Assembly: GCA_965199755.1 (NCBI GenBank) | Contig: CBDASZ010000002.1 | Location: 224,001 to 288,000, forward strand | DNA: 64,000 nucleotides | Source: an uncultured candidatus Porisulfidus sp. | Lineage (GTDB): Bacteria; Pseudomonadota; Gammaproteobacteria; Poriferisulfidales; Poriferisulfidaceae | Direction: 5' to 3' | In this document: piece by piece, positions 37,021 to 46,980 of the stretch | How the letters are laid out: the number at the start of each line of letters is the position of its first letter | Position numbering within the stretch: position 1 is the first letter of the stretch | Program-made: the position numbers and the translations under genes | The notes under the pieces: generated by a model | The model's database searches: none | Told to the model about the DNA's origin: nothing | The model's input: only the letters and a program-made list of their open reading frames with translations

Positions 37021-37514
37021 ATCTTGTAAACGAAAAGCATGGTTGAAAAGAGCAAATCACGCTAATCTATTTATGTTCCTCCCAAGAGTCTTTGCGTACC
37101 TCAAACGTGCCGAAGTATCCCTCAATGACGTGGCGTGCATTTTCCCATCCTGATCGAGAAATTGCCTTGAGTGCATTCATTTTTGTCTCCATTTATTTAA
37201 AGCATGCTGCAATGAAACTTCCAATTTGCGCTGAAGGACAGGCATCTCGGTGCCAAAATATATTCAACGTTATTAAAATATGATAACGTCAGTCTTATGG
37301 ACATTTAGCAAGCTCTGACGCCAACCGGCACTGATTTCATACGTTATTCATGCGCCTGTTAGCATAAATGCACACCCGCCAGACACTTTTTTGAGAAAGT
37401 GCTTCCGCAACGGACAGGACGGCGCTAGAAAACCGGATCCGACACTTGCTTCATAGTTGGGACATGCCACCATGTAAAATGCCTACCCCAACCCATTTAT
37501 GAGGAAAGTTGATC

Positions 37515-37790
37515 ATGCCCAAATACATCATTGAACGCGATATCCCAGGTGCTGGCAACCTGTCGCCTGAGGAACTGCGTGACATCTCGCAAAAATCCTG
37601 CAGTGTGCTCCAAAGCATGGGCCCGCATATCCAGTGGCTTGAGAGCCATGTAACGGATGACAAAGTCTACTGCACCTATATCGCGCCGAATGAAGCAGCG
37701 ATTCGTGAGCATGCTGAACAAGGCGGATTCCCGGCCAACAATATTGCTGAAATCCGTACCACTATCGATCCGACCACTAGCGAAGGATGA
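37515..37790 (+). CDS. DUF4242 domain protein
   Basis: Motifs MPKYIIERDIPGAG, IQWLESHVT, YCTYIAP, HAEQGGFPAN. Confidence 0.9.
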   Translation: MPKYIIERDIPGAGNLSPEELRDISQKSCSVLQSMGPHIQWLESHVTDDKVYCTYIAPNEAAIREHAEQGGFPANNIAEIRTTIDPTTSEG

Positions 37791-38113
37791 GCGCTCTGGA
37801 CCGCATCCGCGAACAGGTCACCGGCAATCCGGTGGTACTGTACATGAAAGGCACGCCGCAAATGCCGCAGTGCGGGTTTTCAAGCCGCGCCGCGCAGGCG
37901 CTGATGGAGTGTGGCGAGGAATTCGCCTACGTCAATGTGCTGATGGACCCGGAGATCTTCCAGGACCTGCCGAAATATGCTGACTGGCCGACGTTTCCGC
38001 AGCTGTACATCGACGGCGAGTTGGTCGGCGGCTGCGACATCATGATGGAACTGCACCAAAGCGGTGAGTTGAAGAAAAAAGTCCAGGAAGTGCGCAGTGA
38101 CGACGCCTCCTAA
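37787..38113 (+). CDS. grxD: Monothiol glutaredoxin Grx4
   Basis: Motifs PQCGFS, WPTFPQL, GGCDI. Confidence 0.97.
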   Translation: MSALDRIREQVTGNPVVLYMKGTPQMPQCGFSSRAAQALMECGEEFAYVNVLMDPEIFQDLPKYADWPTFPQLYIDGELVGGCDIMMELHQSGELKKKVQEVRSDDAS

Positions 38114-38120
38114 GGTCGCG

Positions 38121-38750
38121 TTACGGGGCCGGAGTCTCCGGTACCGTGTCGTGTCGCGGCCAATCGTTGATAATCTGACAGAAAATCCGCGCCGTCATGT
38201 GGGCGTCGTAGCCAGCACTGTGCGCCTGCTCGGTGTCCCACTCGAATCCCGCTTCTTCCGCAATGCGCGACAGTACGGTCTGGCCGTAGGCGGCCGCACC
38301 TAAACTCACGGTATCAAGTGTGCTGAACGGATGAAACGGATTGCGCTTGAGGCCGCAACGGGCGGCGGTAGCATACATCACCGCTAAATCAAACGCGGCA
38401 TTGTGGCCCAACAGAATCGCGCGCTGGCAGTGGTGCTCGCGAACCGCGGCACGCACCATCCGAAACACCTCTTCGAGCGCGACCTTCTCAAAGACGGCTT
38501 CACGCTTCGGGTCGTGCGGGTCAATCTTCAGCATCTCCAGCGAAACTGGATCCAGACGGGCACCTTCAAAGGGTCGCACCGCCAGTTGCAACGGCTCTTG
38601 CGGTGACAACCGACCTTGGGCATCCATCGTCAGCAACACTACCGCGACCTCCAGCAAGGCGTCGGTCTCAGGCACCAGACCTCCGGTCTCCACATCTATC
38701 GCTACCGGCAAAAACCCGCGAAAGCGGCTCTCCATGCTCACGCCTGTCAT
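38121..38750 (-). CDS. rnt: Ribonuclease T
   Basis: Motifs RFRGFLPVAIDVETGG, GHNAAFD, RNPFHPFS, AHSAGYD. Confidence 0.97.
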   Translation of the reverse strand: MTGVSMESRFRGFLPVAIDVETGGLVPETDALLEVAVVLLTMDAQGRLSPQEPLQLAVRPFEGARLDPVSLEMLKIDPHDPKREAVFEKVALEEVFRMVRAAVREHHCQRAILLGHNAAFDLAVMYATAARCGLKRNPFHPFSTLDTVSLGAAAYGQTVLSRIAEEAGFEWDTEQAHSAGYDAHMTARIFCQIINDWPRHDTVPETPAP

Positions 38751-38810
38751 AACGTCACTTCCCTCCTCTCCCTATAATAATACGTCAATCGACTGTGCTG
38801 GCGCACTGCC

Positions 38811-40010
38811 ATGTCTCAATACCGCAAAATTGTGCTCGCCTATTCCGGCGGACTCGACACCTCTATCATCCTGAAGTGGCTACAGGAACAGTATGCCTGC
38901 GAGGTGGTTACGTTCACCGCTGATTTGGGTCAGCAGGAAGATCTGGAGCCGGCGCGCAAGCGCGCGGCTGACTTGGGCGTGGGCGATATTCGCGTGGTGG
39001 ATTTGCGCGTGCCATTCGTGCGGGATTATATTTTCCCGATGCTGCGGGCCAACCCGCTGTATGAGGGACAGTATTTGCTGGGCACCGCCATCGCGCGCCC
39101 GCTAATCGCGAATGCCATGGTGCAGGTGGCGCATGAATGCGGGGCGGACGCTATTGCGCATGGCGCGACCGGCAAAGGCAACGATCAAGTTCGTTTCGAG
39201 CTGGCAGCGCGGGCTCTGGCACCAGAGCTCGGCATCATCGCACCTTGGCGGGAGTGGAAGCTGAACTCTCGCAGCGCACTGCTGGAATACGCAGCGCAGC
39301 ACGACATTGAAGTCGAGACCGACGCCGAGGGCAAAAGTCTCTATTCCATGGACGCCAACATGCTGCACATCTCTTATGAGGGCGGCATTCTGGAAGACCC
39401 GGACGCGACAGCACCAGAAGATATGTGGCGCTGGACCTGCGGTCCAAGACACGCTCCTGACAAGCCGCAAGTGGTGCGGATCGGTTTTGAGGGCGGCGAC
39501 GCTGTATCAATCGACGGCGAAACGCTGGCTCCGGCTGCGCTGCTGGAATACCTCAACACGATTGCGGCGCAACACGGCGTTGGGCGGGTTGATCTGGTCG
39601 AAAACCGCTATCTGGGACTGAAATCGCGTGGCTGCTATGAAACACCCGGCGGCACTGTGCTGCTGGCCGCGCACCGGGCGATCGAGTCGCTGGTACTGGA
39701 TCGGGAGGTCGCGCATCTGAAAGAAGAATTAATGCCGCGCTACGCGACCTTGATCTACAACGGGTACTGGTTCAGCCCGGAACGGGAGGCCTTGCAAGCA
39801 TTCATTGATCACACGCAGCGCGGGGTCAGCGGCGAGGTGCGGCTGCGGCTGTACAAAGGCAGTGTGTTCGTGGAGGGACGCAGCAGTCCCAACAGCCGCT
39901 ACGATCCGACTCAGGCGACTTTTGAGGATGATCAGGGACAGTTTGATCAGAGTGATGCCACTGGTTTCATTCGGCTGTCCGGACTGCGCCTGCGCAAGCC
40001 TGGGAGTTGA
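38811..40010 (+). CDS. argG: Argininosuccinate synthase
   Basis: Motifs [34 protein letters not shown]. Confidence 0.98.
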   Translation: MSQYRKIVLAYSGGLDTSIILKWLQEQYACEVVTFTADLGQQEDLEPARKRAADLGVGDIRVVDLRVPFVRDYIFPMLRANPLYEGQYLLGTAIARPLIANAMVQVAHECGADAIAHGATGKGNDQVRFELAARALAPELGIIAPWREWKLNSRSALLEYAAQHDIEVETDAEGKSLYSMDANMLHISYEGGILEDPDATAPEDMWRWTCGPRHAPDKPQVVRIGFEGGDAVSIDGETLAPAALLEYLNTIAAQHGVGRVDLVENRYLGLKSRGCYETPGGTVLLAAHRAIESLVLDREVAHLKEELMPRYATLIYNGYWFSPEREALQAFIDHTQRGVSGEVRLRLYKGSVFVEGRSSPNSRYDPTQATFEDDQGQFDQSDATGFIRLSGLRLRKPGS

Positions 40011-40097
40011 TTTTGTCGCGGTGTGCCGCAGTGCGAGTTTTGCGCTGTTAGGTTTTCGCTATAATGGGCTTTTACACCCTATGGGTGACACAAGATC

Positions 40098-40826
40098 ATG
40101 CAATACAGACGCATTTTGATTTCGCCGCTTTGCGCGGCTGTGGCCGCAGGCATTATGCTGGCGGCTATGCCAGGCATTGGCGTTGCGGCAGTCGCCCCCG
40201 ACCCGCGTGATCCGTGGGAAGGCTACAACCGCACCATGCACGCTTTCAACGACACAATTGACAATGCGATTGTCAAGCCCGTGTCCACTCTGTACAAGGC
40301 TGTCACGCCGAAACCGGTGGATCAGGGCGTGACGAATTTCTTCTCCAATCTGGGAGAGCTTCGGAACTTTCTGAACTCAATGCTACAAGGCAAACCGGAG
40401 CGCAGCTTCAATGCGCTGGCTCGGTTCGCGGTCAACAGCACCGTCGGTCTGCTTGGCGTCGTTGATGTCGCAACCAGCCTAGGGATTGAGAAAGCGCCGG
40501 AAGATTTCGGCCAGACGCTGGCTGTGTGGGGATCAGGGCCGGGGCCTTATTTCGTATTGCCCTTTTTCGGTCCGAGCACCGTGCGCGATGCGTTCGGCAA
40601 GCCGTTTGATATTGCCGCGAATCCGGTCACTTGGCACGATGAAGCAACGATTTTATACGGCGTTGATGTGGTGGATTATCGCGCCGACCTGTTCGAACTC
40701 GAAGAAAGTGTCGAAGGCATTACTGAGGATGAGTACGCGCTCATTCGCAACGCCTATCTTGACCAGCGCGAATACGCCATAAGCGACGGCGAAATGGATG
40801 CCGACGCTTACGATATTGGCGAATAG
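40098..40826 (+). CDS. mlaA: MlaA/VacJ outer membrane lipid asymmetry protein
   Basis: Motifs DPWEGYNR, NFFSNL, EDFGQTL, LPFFGPSTVRD. Confidence 0.94.
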   Translation: MQYRRILISPLCAAVAAGIMLAAMPGIGVAAVAPDPRDPWEGYNRTMHAFNDTIDNAIVKPVSTLYKAVTPKPVDQGVTNFFSNLGELRNFLNSMLQGKPERSFNALARFAVNSTVGLLGVVDVATSLGIEKAPEDFGQTLAVWGSGPGPYFVLPFFGPSTVRDAFGKPFDIAANPVTWHDEATILYGVDVVDYRADLFELEESVEGITEDEYALIRNAYLDQREYAISDGEMDADAYDIGE

Positions 40827-40830
40827 GATT

Positions 40831-40860
40831 CAGTACCCGTCGGAATGACGGGATGACTGG
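40831..40860. terminator. Hairpin between convergent genes
   Basis: CAGT-A-CCCGTC-GGAAT-GACGGG-ATG-ACTG stem-loop. Confidence 0.45.
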
Positions 40861-40862
40861 AT

Positions 40863-41063
40863 TCAGCCACCGAACAACTTCTTGATTGAGCCGATCAGTC
40901 GGCCCATGCCGCAGCTCGAAGATTCACTCGATGCGGACGGTGCCGGATCAGCAGCGGGTGACGCTTCGGCTGATGCAGCGGGCGCGGCACCGGAAGACCC
41001 GGATGAACCTGCGCTCGCCATCTGTTCGTAGTGTCGTCTGAGAACGGAATCAGTTGGAACCAT
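40863..41063 (-). CDS. Small protein with PTDSVLRRHY motif, low-complexity linker and amphipathic C-terminus
   Basis: GGAGG RBS; 66 aa; ends LIGSIKKLFGG. Confidence 0.75.
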   Translation of the reverse strand: MVPTDSVLRRHYEQMASAGSSGSSGAAPAASAEASPAADPAPSASSESSSCGMGRLIGSIKKLFGG

Positions 41064-41167
41064 AATGGATTGCCCTCCAAAAATCAGCCCTCATTGTAGC
41101 GCACCGCTTACGCGAGAAATTTGGACCTTAGTATGCGCGGCCAGTGGCGCATATCGAAATGATGGTT

Positions 41168-41854
41168 TTATTGGGAGCCTGAACCGGCAGCCTCATCATC
41201 ATCCGGCTCCAGCCACGACACCATAAGCCCGGCGATGGCACCAATGACCCCAAGTGAGAGAATCTGCAGCCACAGTGTGATGAACCGACCAGTGGTCGTA
41301 ACCGGATAGTGCTCACCAAAGACCGCAGGCTCCGCTCCGAATATCGTGGACACACACCACCACATGGCGTCTTCCGCCGAATGAATGTTGGAGCCTTCCG
41401 CACCATATTCGACGCTCAACAAGAGGAAGGCAGAGAAGATCAGTGAAAGCGCAGTAACCGAGAAAACACTGGCAATAAGCGAAGCACGATAGTTGAGCCG
41501 GGTCGTCAGGACGTTTGTGAGGCGCATGATAGCCCGCAGCGCTCTGAACATCAGGAAGAACCGCAACACGCGTAGGGCTCGCAACTCTTCGATGTACGGC
41601 ACGGAAGCCAGAATGTCGATCCATCCCCGTGTAAACCAAGCACGCTTGTTTTCCGCCTGATAGATGTCCCAGATGACCTTGGAGATGAAGACAGCGCAGA
41701 TCAAGTAGTCGCTAATAACCCACAGGCGAAGATACTCTCCATCCAGATCTCCCGTGACGCGCAAACCCAGACCGACGACAGACACCAGCGCAAAAATCAT
41801 CAAGGTCGTCTCGATGATCAGTTCCGCAATGGATACCGGGCGATTGGGTTGCAT
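41168..41854 (-). CDS. Voltage-gated-type ion channel (6TM K+-channel-like)
   Basis: S4-like LRALRVLRFF; DAMWWCVSTI pore helix; YPVTTTGR. Confidence 0.85.
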   Translation of the reverse strand: MQPNRPVSIAELIIETTLMIFALVSVVGLGLRVTGDLDGEYLRLWVISDYLICAVFISKVIWDIYQAENKRAWFTRGWIDILASVPYIEELRALRVLRFFLMFRALRAIMRLTNVLTTRLNYRASLIASVFSVTALSLIFSAFLLLSVEYGAEGSNIHSAEDAMWWCVSTIFGAEPAVFGEHYPVTTTGRFITLWLQILSLGVIGAIAGLMVSWLEPDDDEAAGSGSQ

Positions 41855-41910
41855 GAGCGAGTTATTTCAGGGATGGTCCAGATAATTATATTAATCCTGA
41901 AATATTGTGC

Positions 41911-42063
41911 TTAAGATTCTGTCGGTTTGAATTCAAATTTGAGGTCTGGGAATGCCTTCTTCAAAGACTCTGCCGCTTCTAACGTTCCTGTACCCCACTG
42001 GTTACTAAACACATATGTCTTTTCGCCAATCAGAAAAACCTCTCCGTCGTTACAAAAATATGG
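41911..42063 (-). pseudogene. Orphan C-terminal gene fragment
   Basis: Manual translation PYFCNDGEVFLIGEKTYVFSNQWG...FPDLKFEFKPTES*: protein-like, with no start codon; marks the left edge of the AT-richer island. Confidence 0.55.
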
Positions 42064-42125
42064 GACTTACCAGCCTAATTAGCCAAGAAGGGCTTGATAT
42101 CCAGCGCGGGAATGGCTAAATTTAA

Positions 42126-43068
42126 TCAAGAACGGACAGGGGAATACATTTCAGGGTCGGTAGGTCCATAAATTCCTACGACAGAAGTTTGCACTGCTGC
42201 AGCCACGTGCAACAAACCCGAATCATTGGCTGCCCTACATCAGGCTATGGCAATGATGTCAACCACTTCTTCAAGAGAAGTTTTGCCACATAAATTAGCG
42301 ACTTCGCAACCATATTTCTGCGCTATCTTTTCACCCAGCCCCCCCCCCCCATTAAGACGATTTGATAGCCGTCAGCAATCAACATTCCTGCTAATTTATT
42401 GAAAGACTCCAAGAGCCACTTCTTCGCACTCCACCTTGACGCACCCGGTGCCAAAACAATTAGTTCTCGACCCATATCCAACTTAAACTTTTGCATTGTC
42501 TGGTCCATTCGTTCCGGGTAAACTACGAGATGTGGATTCGGGACAGGATTCGAATGCGGCATATCCGGTGGCAGTAGTCGAACAATTTTCTCTTGAAAAC
42601 TTCGTGATCGACGCACCCTTAAATCATTCACCAGCCAAGGCCGTACTTGCTGAACCCTGTGCGGCGAGCAATGCCGGCGAGAACAAGCAACATGCCGGCA
42701 TTTGTTGAGCGTGGAGTCAAAATGGATGCAGGATAGTTTTCACTACGAATTTGCTTTATTGTTCTGAACCATAAGCGAGACGGGAATCTGCCCTTGGTAG
42801 TGTTGATCTCAAAGTGATTGCGAACTTTTGGCATTCGCTTAATGAACCCTCGAAAATGTGATGGTGCCACGACGTCGATAATCATCGACAGGGCATGTTC
42901 TTTCAGTAAGCGAAGCAACGTCTGGTTCATCACCAGATCACCAACGGACGTATCCAATACCACCAACAAGTGGGAGTACGCAGTATCTTCAGAGGTCGCA
43001 ATATCGGTGGGTGATTCACTCATGGCAGGATGTTCTAAATTGACGAGATGTTCCTGAAACTGTGTCAT
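42126..43068 (-). pseudogene. GT9 LPS heptosyltransferase (WaaF-like), disrupted
   Basis: Pieces VGDLVMNQTL / APGASRWSAKKW / NLCGKTSL..*..NDSGLLHVAAA...GIYGPT lie in three frames. Frameshifts near 42630 and at the G12 tract; in-frame TGA at 42240-42242. Confidence 0.88.
42339..42350 (-). repeat. Homopolymeric G12 tract within GT9 gene
   Basis: 12 consecutive C on the + strand, located at a frame switch. Confidence 0.9.
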
Positions 43069-44660
43069 TATTTGATGTTTTCTCTGAGCTCCCAGTACAC
43101 ATCTATGTGCTGCCGTGCAATCAGTGCAGGATCGTATTGTTTTGCCCGTTCAATTCCTGCCTGGGCAAACTTTTGGCGCAATTCTGAAGATTGATACAGG
43201 CGAGTTATTTGCTGTGCTAGCGCATCCGCGTCATTAGGAGAAACCAGCACCCCACACTCATCAGTAACGACTTCCGGGATCCCCCCGACTCGACTGGCCA
43301 CAATGGGGATACCTGAGTGCATCACGTCCAATAGTATAGAGCCTAAAGACTCGATCAGTGAGGGAAATACGAATAAATCAAAAGTATCCACCCACGCCCA
43401 AGGCTCTTCTATCCACCCGGCAAAATGAATATTGCTCAGTCCCTTCGCTTGCTGGCGCAACTCTTCTTCCAAACGACCAGCACCCAGTAACAGAAACTTC
43501 ACATCTGGAAAATCCGCTGCTAACAATTGTGCAGCCCGGATCAGCACCGAATGTCCCTTCTCTGGTCCATCCATTGCAGCCACATGTCCGATCAAAAATT
43601 TGCCTGAAAACTTCTCGCGGATTTTGGCAGTACTTTCCGGGTCTGCGTCTCTGGGATTCCAGGCATCGGGGATGCTATAGGTAGAAATATACGGAAACCT
43701 CTGACGCACACCTTGCTCAACCGCATCTGTGAGTGTAATCACAGTTTCTGCATTTCGATAGATGGCAGAACTATACAGATTGTTGTTGATGGGTTTTGTC
43801 AGCCTCCGTGTGATCAAATACTTGCTACGCCAAATGAGCGACGCGGCATACGCCACTTGTGTGGCATGCGCCTCATGCGCGTGCAGTAAAGAAGACCCAC
43901 GACACGCAAACAACGCGGCGAGCCGACTTCGCGCCAAGTGGAGTTCAATGGTCTCGGTATTTTTAAGGCGCGATGCCAGCGGCCCATGCTTCAATACCAC
44001 AACCCGTTGTTCGGCGACTCCCTCTTTTTCGAGGGCCTGAATCAGAATTTCGGTTTGACGCTCCCCTCCTCTCAGCTTGGAGTCTCGCGCAAGATTGAGG
44101 TGGCATACCGAGGCAGCCTGCAAGCGCGATTTGCGGAATATCTTAAGCCTGTATTCGGGAAGTTGCGTTGCTTTTCTGCGTAGCAACCAAAGGGGTCCGA
44201 CCAGTGTGCGATAGCCCCGTGACGCAACCCATGTGGTCCTCCCTATGCCCCAAAACCAACACCATATCAGTCGAGTACTCCACGATAGCGGATCAACCAG
44301 TTGTGTTTCGATTTTGATTTCTACGATTGCCTTGCCGTTTAACTGAAGTTCATCTCTCAAACGGCACGCCGCGATCACTTCCACAAAGTGCAGTGCATGA
44401 CTGTTGCGTCGTGAAATAAGGCAGTGAATCCCGTTAATTTCAGCGTGCCAATAGTAAATGCGCCCTTCTTGAGGAATAGCCGTGTACTCTGGTTTGAACC
44501 GCACTGGCCGATCCAGAGCAACATTCAGTGAACCCGGATACGGAAGTGCCCCAAGCGCATCAGAAATCGGACTCGGTTCTATGTTCCACCGCGACGCAGT
44601 GCCATAACCGCTGACAACGCGGCCCCTTAGCACTGTCTGGTCGGACGCGGATTCCGGCAT
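43068..44660 (-). CDS. Fusion: CTP-dependent riboflavin-kinase-like (DUF120) domain + GT4 glycosyltransferase
   Basis: N-terminal LRGRVVSGYG, PYPGSLNV, EVIAACRLRDELQL; C-terminal GGERQ, EKGH, ESLGSILLD, SRVGGIPE. Confidence 0.82.
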   Translation of the reverse strand: MPESASDQTVLRGRVVSGYGTASRWNIEPSPISDALGALPYPGSLNVALDRPVRFKPEYTAIPQEGRIYYWHAEINGIHCLISRRNSHALHFVEVIAACRLRDELQLNGKAIVEIKIETQLVDPLSWSTRLIWCWFWGIGRTTWVASRGYRTLVGPLWLLRRKATQLPEYRLKIFRKSRLQAASVCHLNLARDSKLRGGERQTEILIQALEKEGVAEQRVVVLKHGPLASRLKNTETIELHLARSRLAALFACRGSSLLHAHEAHATQVAYAASLIWRSKYLITRRLTKPINNNLYSSAIYRNAETVITLTDAVEQGVRQRFPYISTYSIPDAWNPRDADPESTAKIREKFSGKFLIGHVAAMDGPEKGHSVLIRAAQLLAADFPDVKFLLLGAGRLEEELRQQAKGLSNIHFAGWIEEPWAWVDTFDLFVFPSLIESLGSILLDVMHSGIPIVASRVGGIPEVVTDECGVLVSPNDADALAQQITRLYQSSELRQKFAQAGIERAKQYDPALIARQHIDVYWELRENIK

Positions 44661-44793
44661 TCGGATCTAAAAGATAAAAATTAGATCAGCAATTATGCTG
44701 GTTTTCATCACCACATATGCACATTTCTCATAAAAGTGCTCTGCTTTTCCCGCATAATATGAATTCTGAGTGCTGATGAAAATCCCGGTTTTC

Positions 44794-45276
44794 ATGGCCT
44801 CACTCCCATCCTCAAGCCTTCCAATATCTGCAGTAATTCTGTTTAAGAACTCACTCGACACCTTGCCGAAAACACTGGACAGCCTGCAAGGGCTGGATGA
44901 GGTATTGATCTTTGATAACGGCCCGACACCGGAATTAAATCAGGCGTGCGCACCTTACTCTAACCTGCGGATCGTTACTGGAGAATTTGTCGGATTCGGC
45001 CCGATACGGAATCAAGCTGCGAAACTGGCACGAATCTGTACGATCTGTGAAACAAGAGCTAGAAAAAATCAATCGCTACACCGAACTTGCCACAAAGGAC
45101 TCGCGCAGACCTTCTTCCCTTTGGGGTGCTAGGTGCGAGCGACTTGGCAATTTTTCAACGCCTACGTGCTGGAGTTGGGAATGCTGGATGGCTGGCGCGG
45201 ATTACTATGCGCAGTGAACACAGCAAATACCGGTTTTTACAAGCACATTAAACGCGTGGCCGCTCGCGACGGCTAA
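44794..45276 (+). pseudogene. GT2 glycosyltransferase (WaaE/KdtX-like), internally deleted and frameshifted
   Basis: ISAVILFKN...DEVLIFDNG...GFGPIRN joined to KINRYTELA and LGMLDGWRGL in other frames; the central DxD region is missing. Confidence 0.82.
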
Positions 45277-45599
45277 ACTCATGGCTAGGCTCGCTCACCT
45301 GAATCATCGCTCATTTCCACGAACTAAAACGTCGGGACTCCTTGATGCGCCACCTTGTCTGCACAACAGTACTGATCGCCGCGATGGGTTTAGAGCATAA
45401 ATGAGTTTAGTTTTTTAGAATACGCGCCACCAACAAGAAAACAACGAAGCACGTTCATACCCATCCTTTCCCTAGAAGACAAACAGGCTTTGTTCGCCCA
45501 GCGCAGGTACAGGAGCCCTTTCAGCCTTCCAGTACGCTCTACCCGGGCCAGTTGCCTAGCTATATGGCGGCTGCTACACTCGCATATTGAAGCATCTTC

Positions 45600-46293
45600 T
45601 CAACCTCTGCGTATATTGGATATAGGGTGTGGCTCCGGGGCTATGCTCCAGCATACTGCCTAGCATTGCCGCACAAAAAACTGGCCTGTCGAAGGAAATC
45701 TCCTTGGTTTGGATATTGATGAAGAAGCCTTTCAGGCAGAAGTCCCGTTCAAAAAAGCCGACCTAAACCTGCCACTAACCCAACAAGTGGAATCCTTCGA
45801 CATTATCATCGCCATGGAAGTACTGAAGCACTTGCGAACTCCATATCTGATGCTGGAAGATATTTACCAGACCCTGAATCCAGGTGGACATTTTCTGTTT
45901 TCAGTGCCGAATATTCACAACCTGCTTAGCCGGATCAAATTCTTGACCAAAGGCACAACCTACAAATACCACCTACCCAGTGCCGACTCATCAGATGCCC
46001 ATAGCACACACGGACATATCAGCCCGTTTTCAATCCAGTATTGGGATTATGGATTGCGCTATGCAGGGTTTTCGGATATTCACTATTCCACCGACCGATT
46101 CATCCGAGAAGCTTTAATTTGGGCTGCCCTCTTGTCGCCACTTCTATAGCTAGGAACCTGGTCGCTGCACCGTAGAGAGTAGCAGAGAAATCAGCGGATC
46201 TATGAACAAAACCACAGGGCAGCTCATGAAATCAATACGTTGCGGAATCTCGCTGGCAGTAACCTCATCGGAAAATGCGCCAAGCCCTTATAA
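45600..46293 (+). pseudogene. Class I SAM-dependent methyltransferase, disrupted
   Basis: Motifs ILDIGCGSG, FDIIIAMEV, LNPGG, FSVPN; in-frame TAG at 45661, 46147 and 46180. 5' boundary approximate. Confidence 0.82.
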
Positions 46294-46378
46294 CTGACTC
46301 TAATCACACGGCTACCTTTTCAGAAAGTTGTATGATCTCGCTCTCATTTCGCAATGCAAAGATTGAATCTGTAAGATT

Positions 46379-46947
46379 ATGAAAGCCCAGCAAATTGAAT
46401 TCCTAAAACTGCTCGAAGGCAGGGTTCAGGACATCATCCCGTACTGGCAACGCCGCTACTGTTGGGGGAAAGCCGACACCGAACGACTGATCGAAGATCT
46501 GATGGCAATCGCAGACGCAGATACAAATTCCAATCATTATGCGGGTAATCTTCTAACCTTCCCCAAACCAAAAACAGCCTGCACTAGTAAATCCAAAACT
46601 TTTCGTGTGGTCGATGGTCAGTAGCGACTGACAACCGTAAGCCTCTTACTCGCATGTATCGCCGAAAAACTAGAACACGAAGTAGGCAAAATTCCCTTAA
46701 ACTACATATCCGAAACCATAAGCAATCAGCTACTAACATCAGGAGGATGTGCCAGTTATCGCAGATCATACGATGTGAAATGGCAGACCAAAGTATTTCA
46801 GGGGATGTGGTGCAGGAAAGCAGGCAACGTAAAACCGTGCACGTTGAGCGCTCTTGGGAACGAGAAAACGACGATGAGTGGGAAGAGGCTTATGAGTGGA
46901 TTTATGAACAATACAAAAGACTAATCCTTTATATTAGAAAACGCTGA
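46379..46947 (+). pseudogene. GmrSD/DUF262-type restriction gene remnant
   Basis: Motifs IPYWQRRYCW, HYAG, and VVDGQ*RLTT with TAG in the DGQQR motif; followed by a short C-terminal-like fragment in another frame. Confidence 0.8.
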
Positions 46948-46980
46948 TTTTGAAGATGAGAAACATTGAGGTAGCTCCTA

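Noticed and set aside
45661-46624. Four in-frame TAG codons (one replacing Gln in DGQQR), suggesting amber recoding
   Set aside because: Genes in the same island also carry frameshifts, deletions and a TGA, and mcrC and several core genes end in TAG. CAG/TGG-to-TAG decay explains the pattern.
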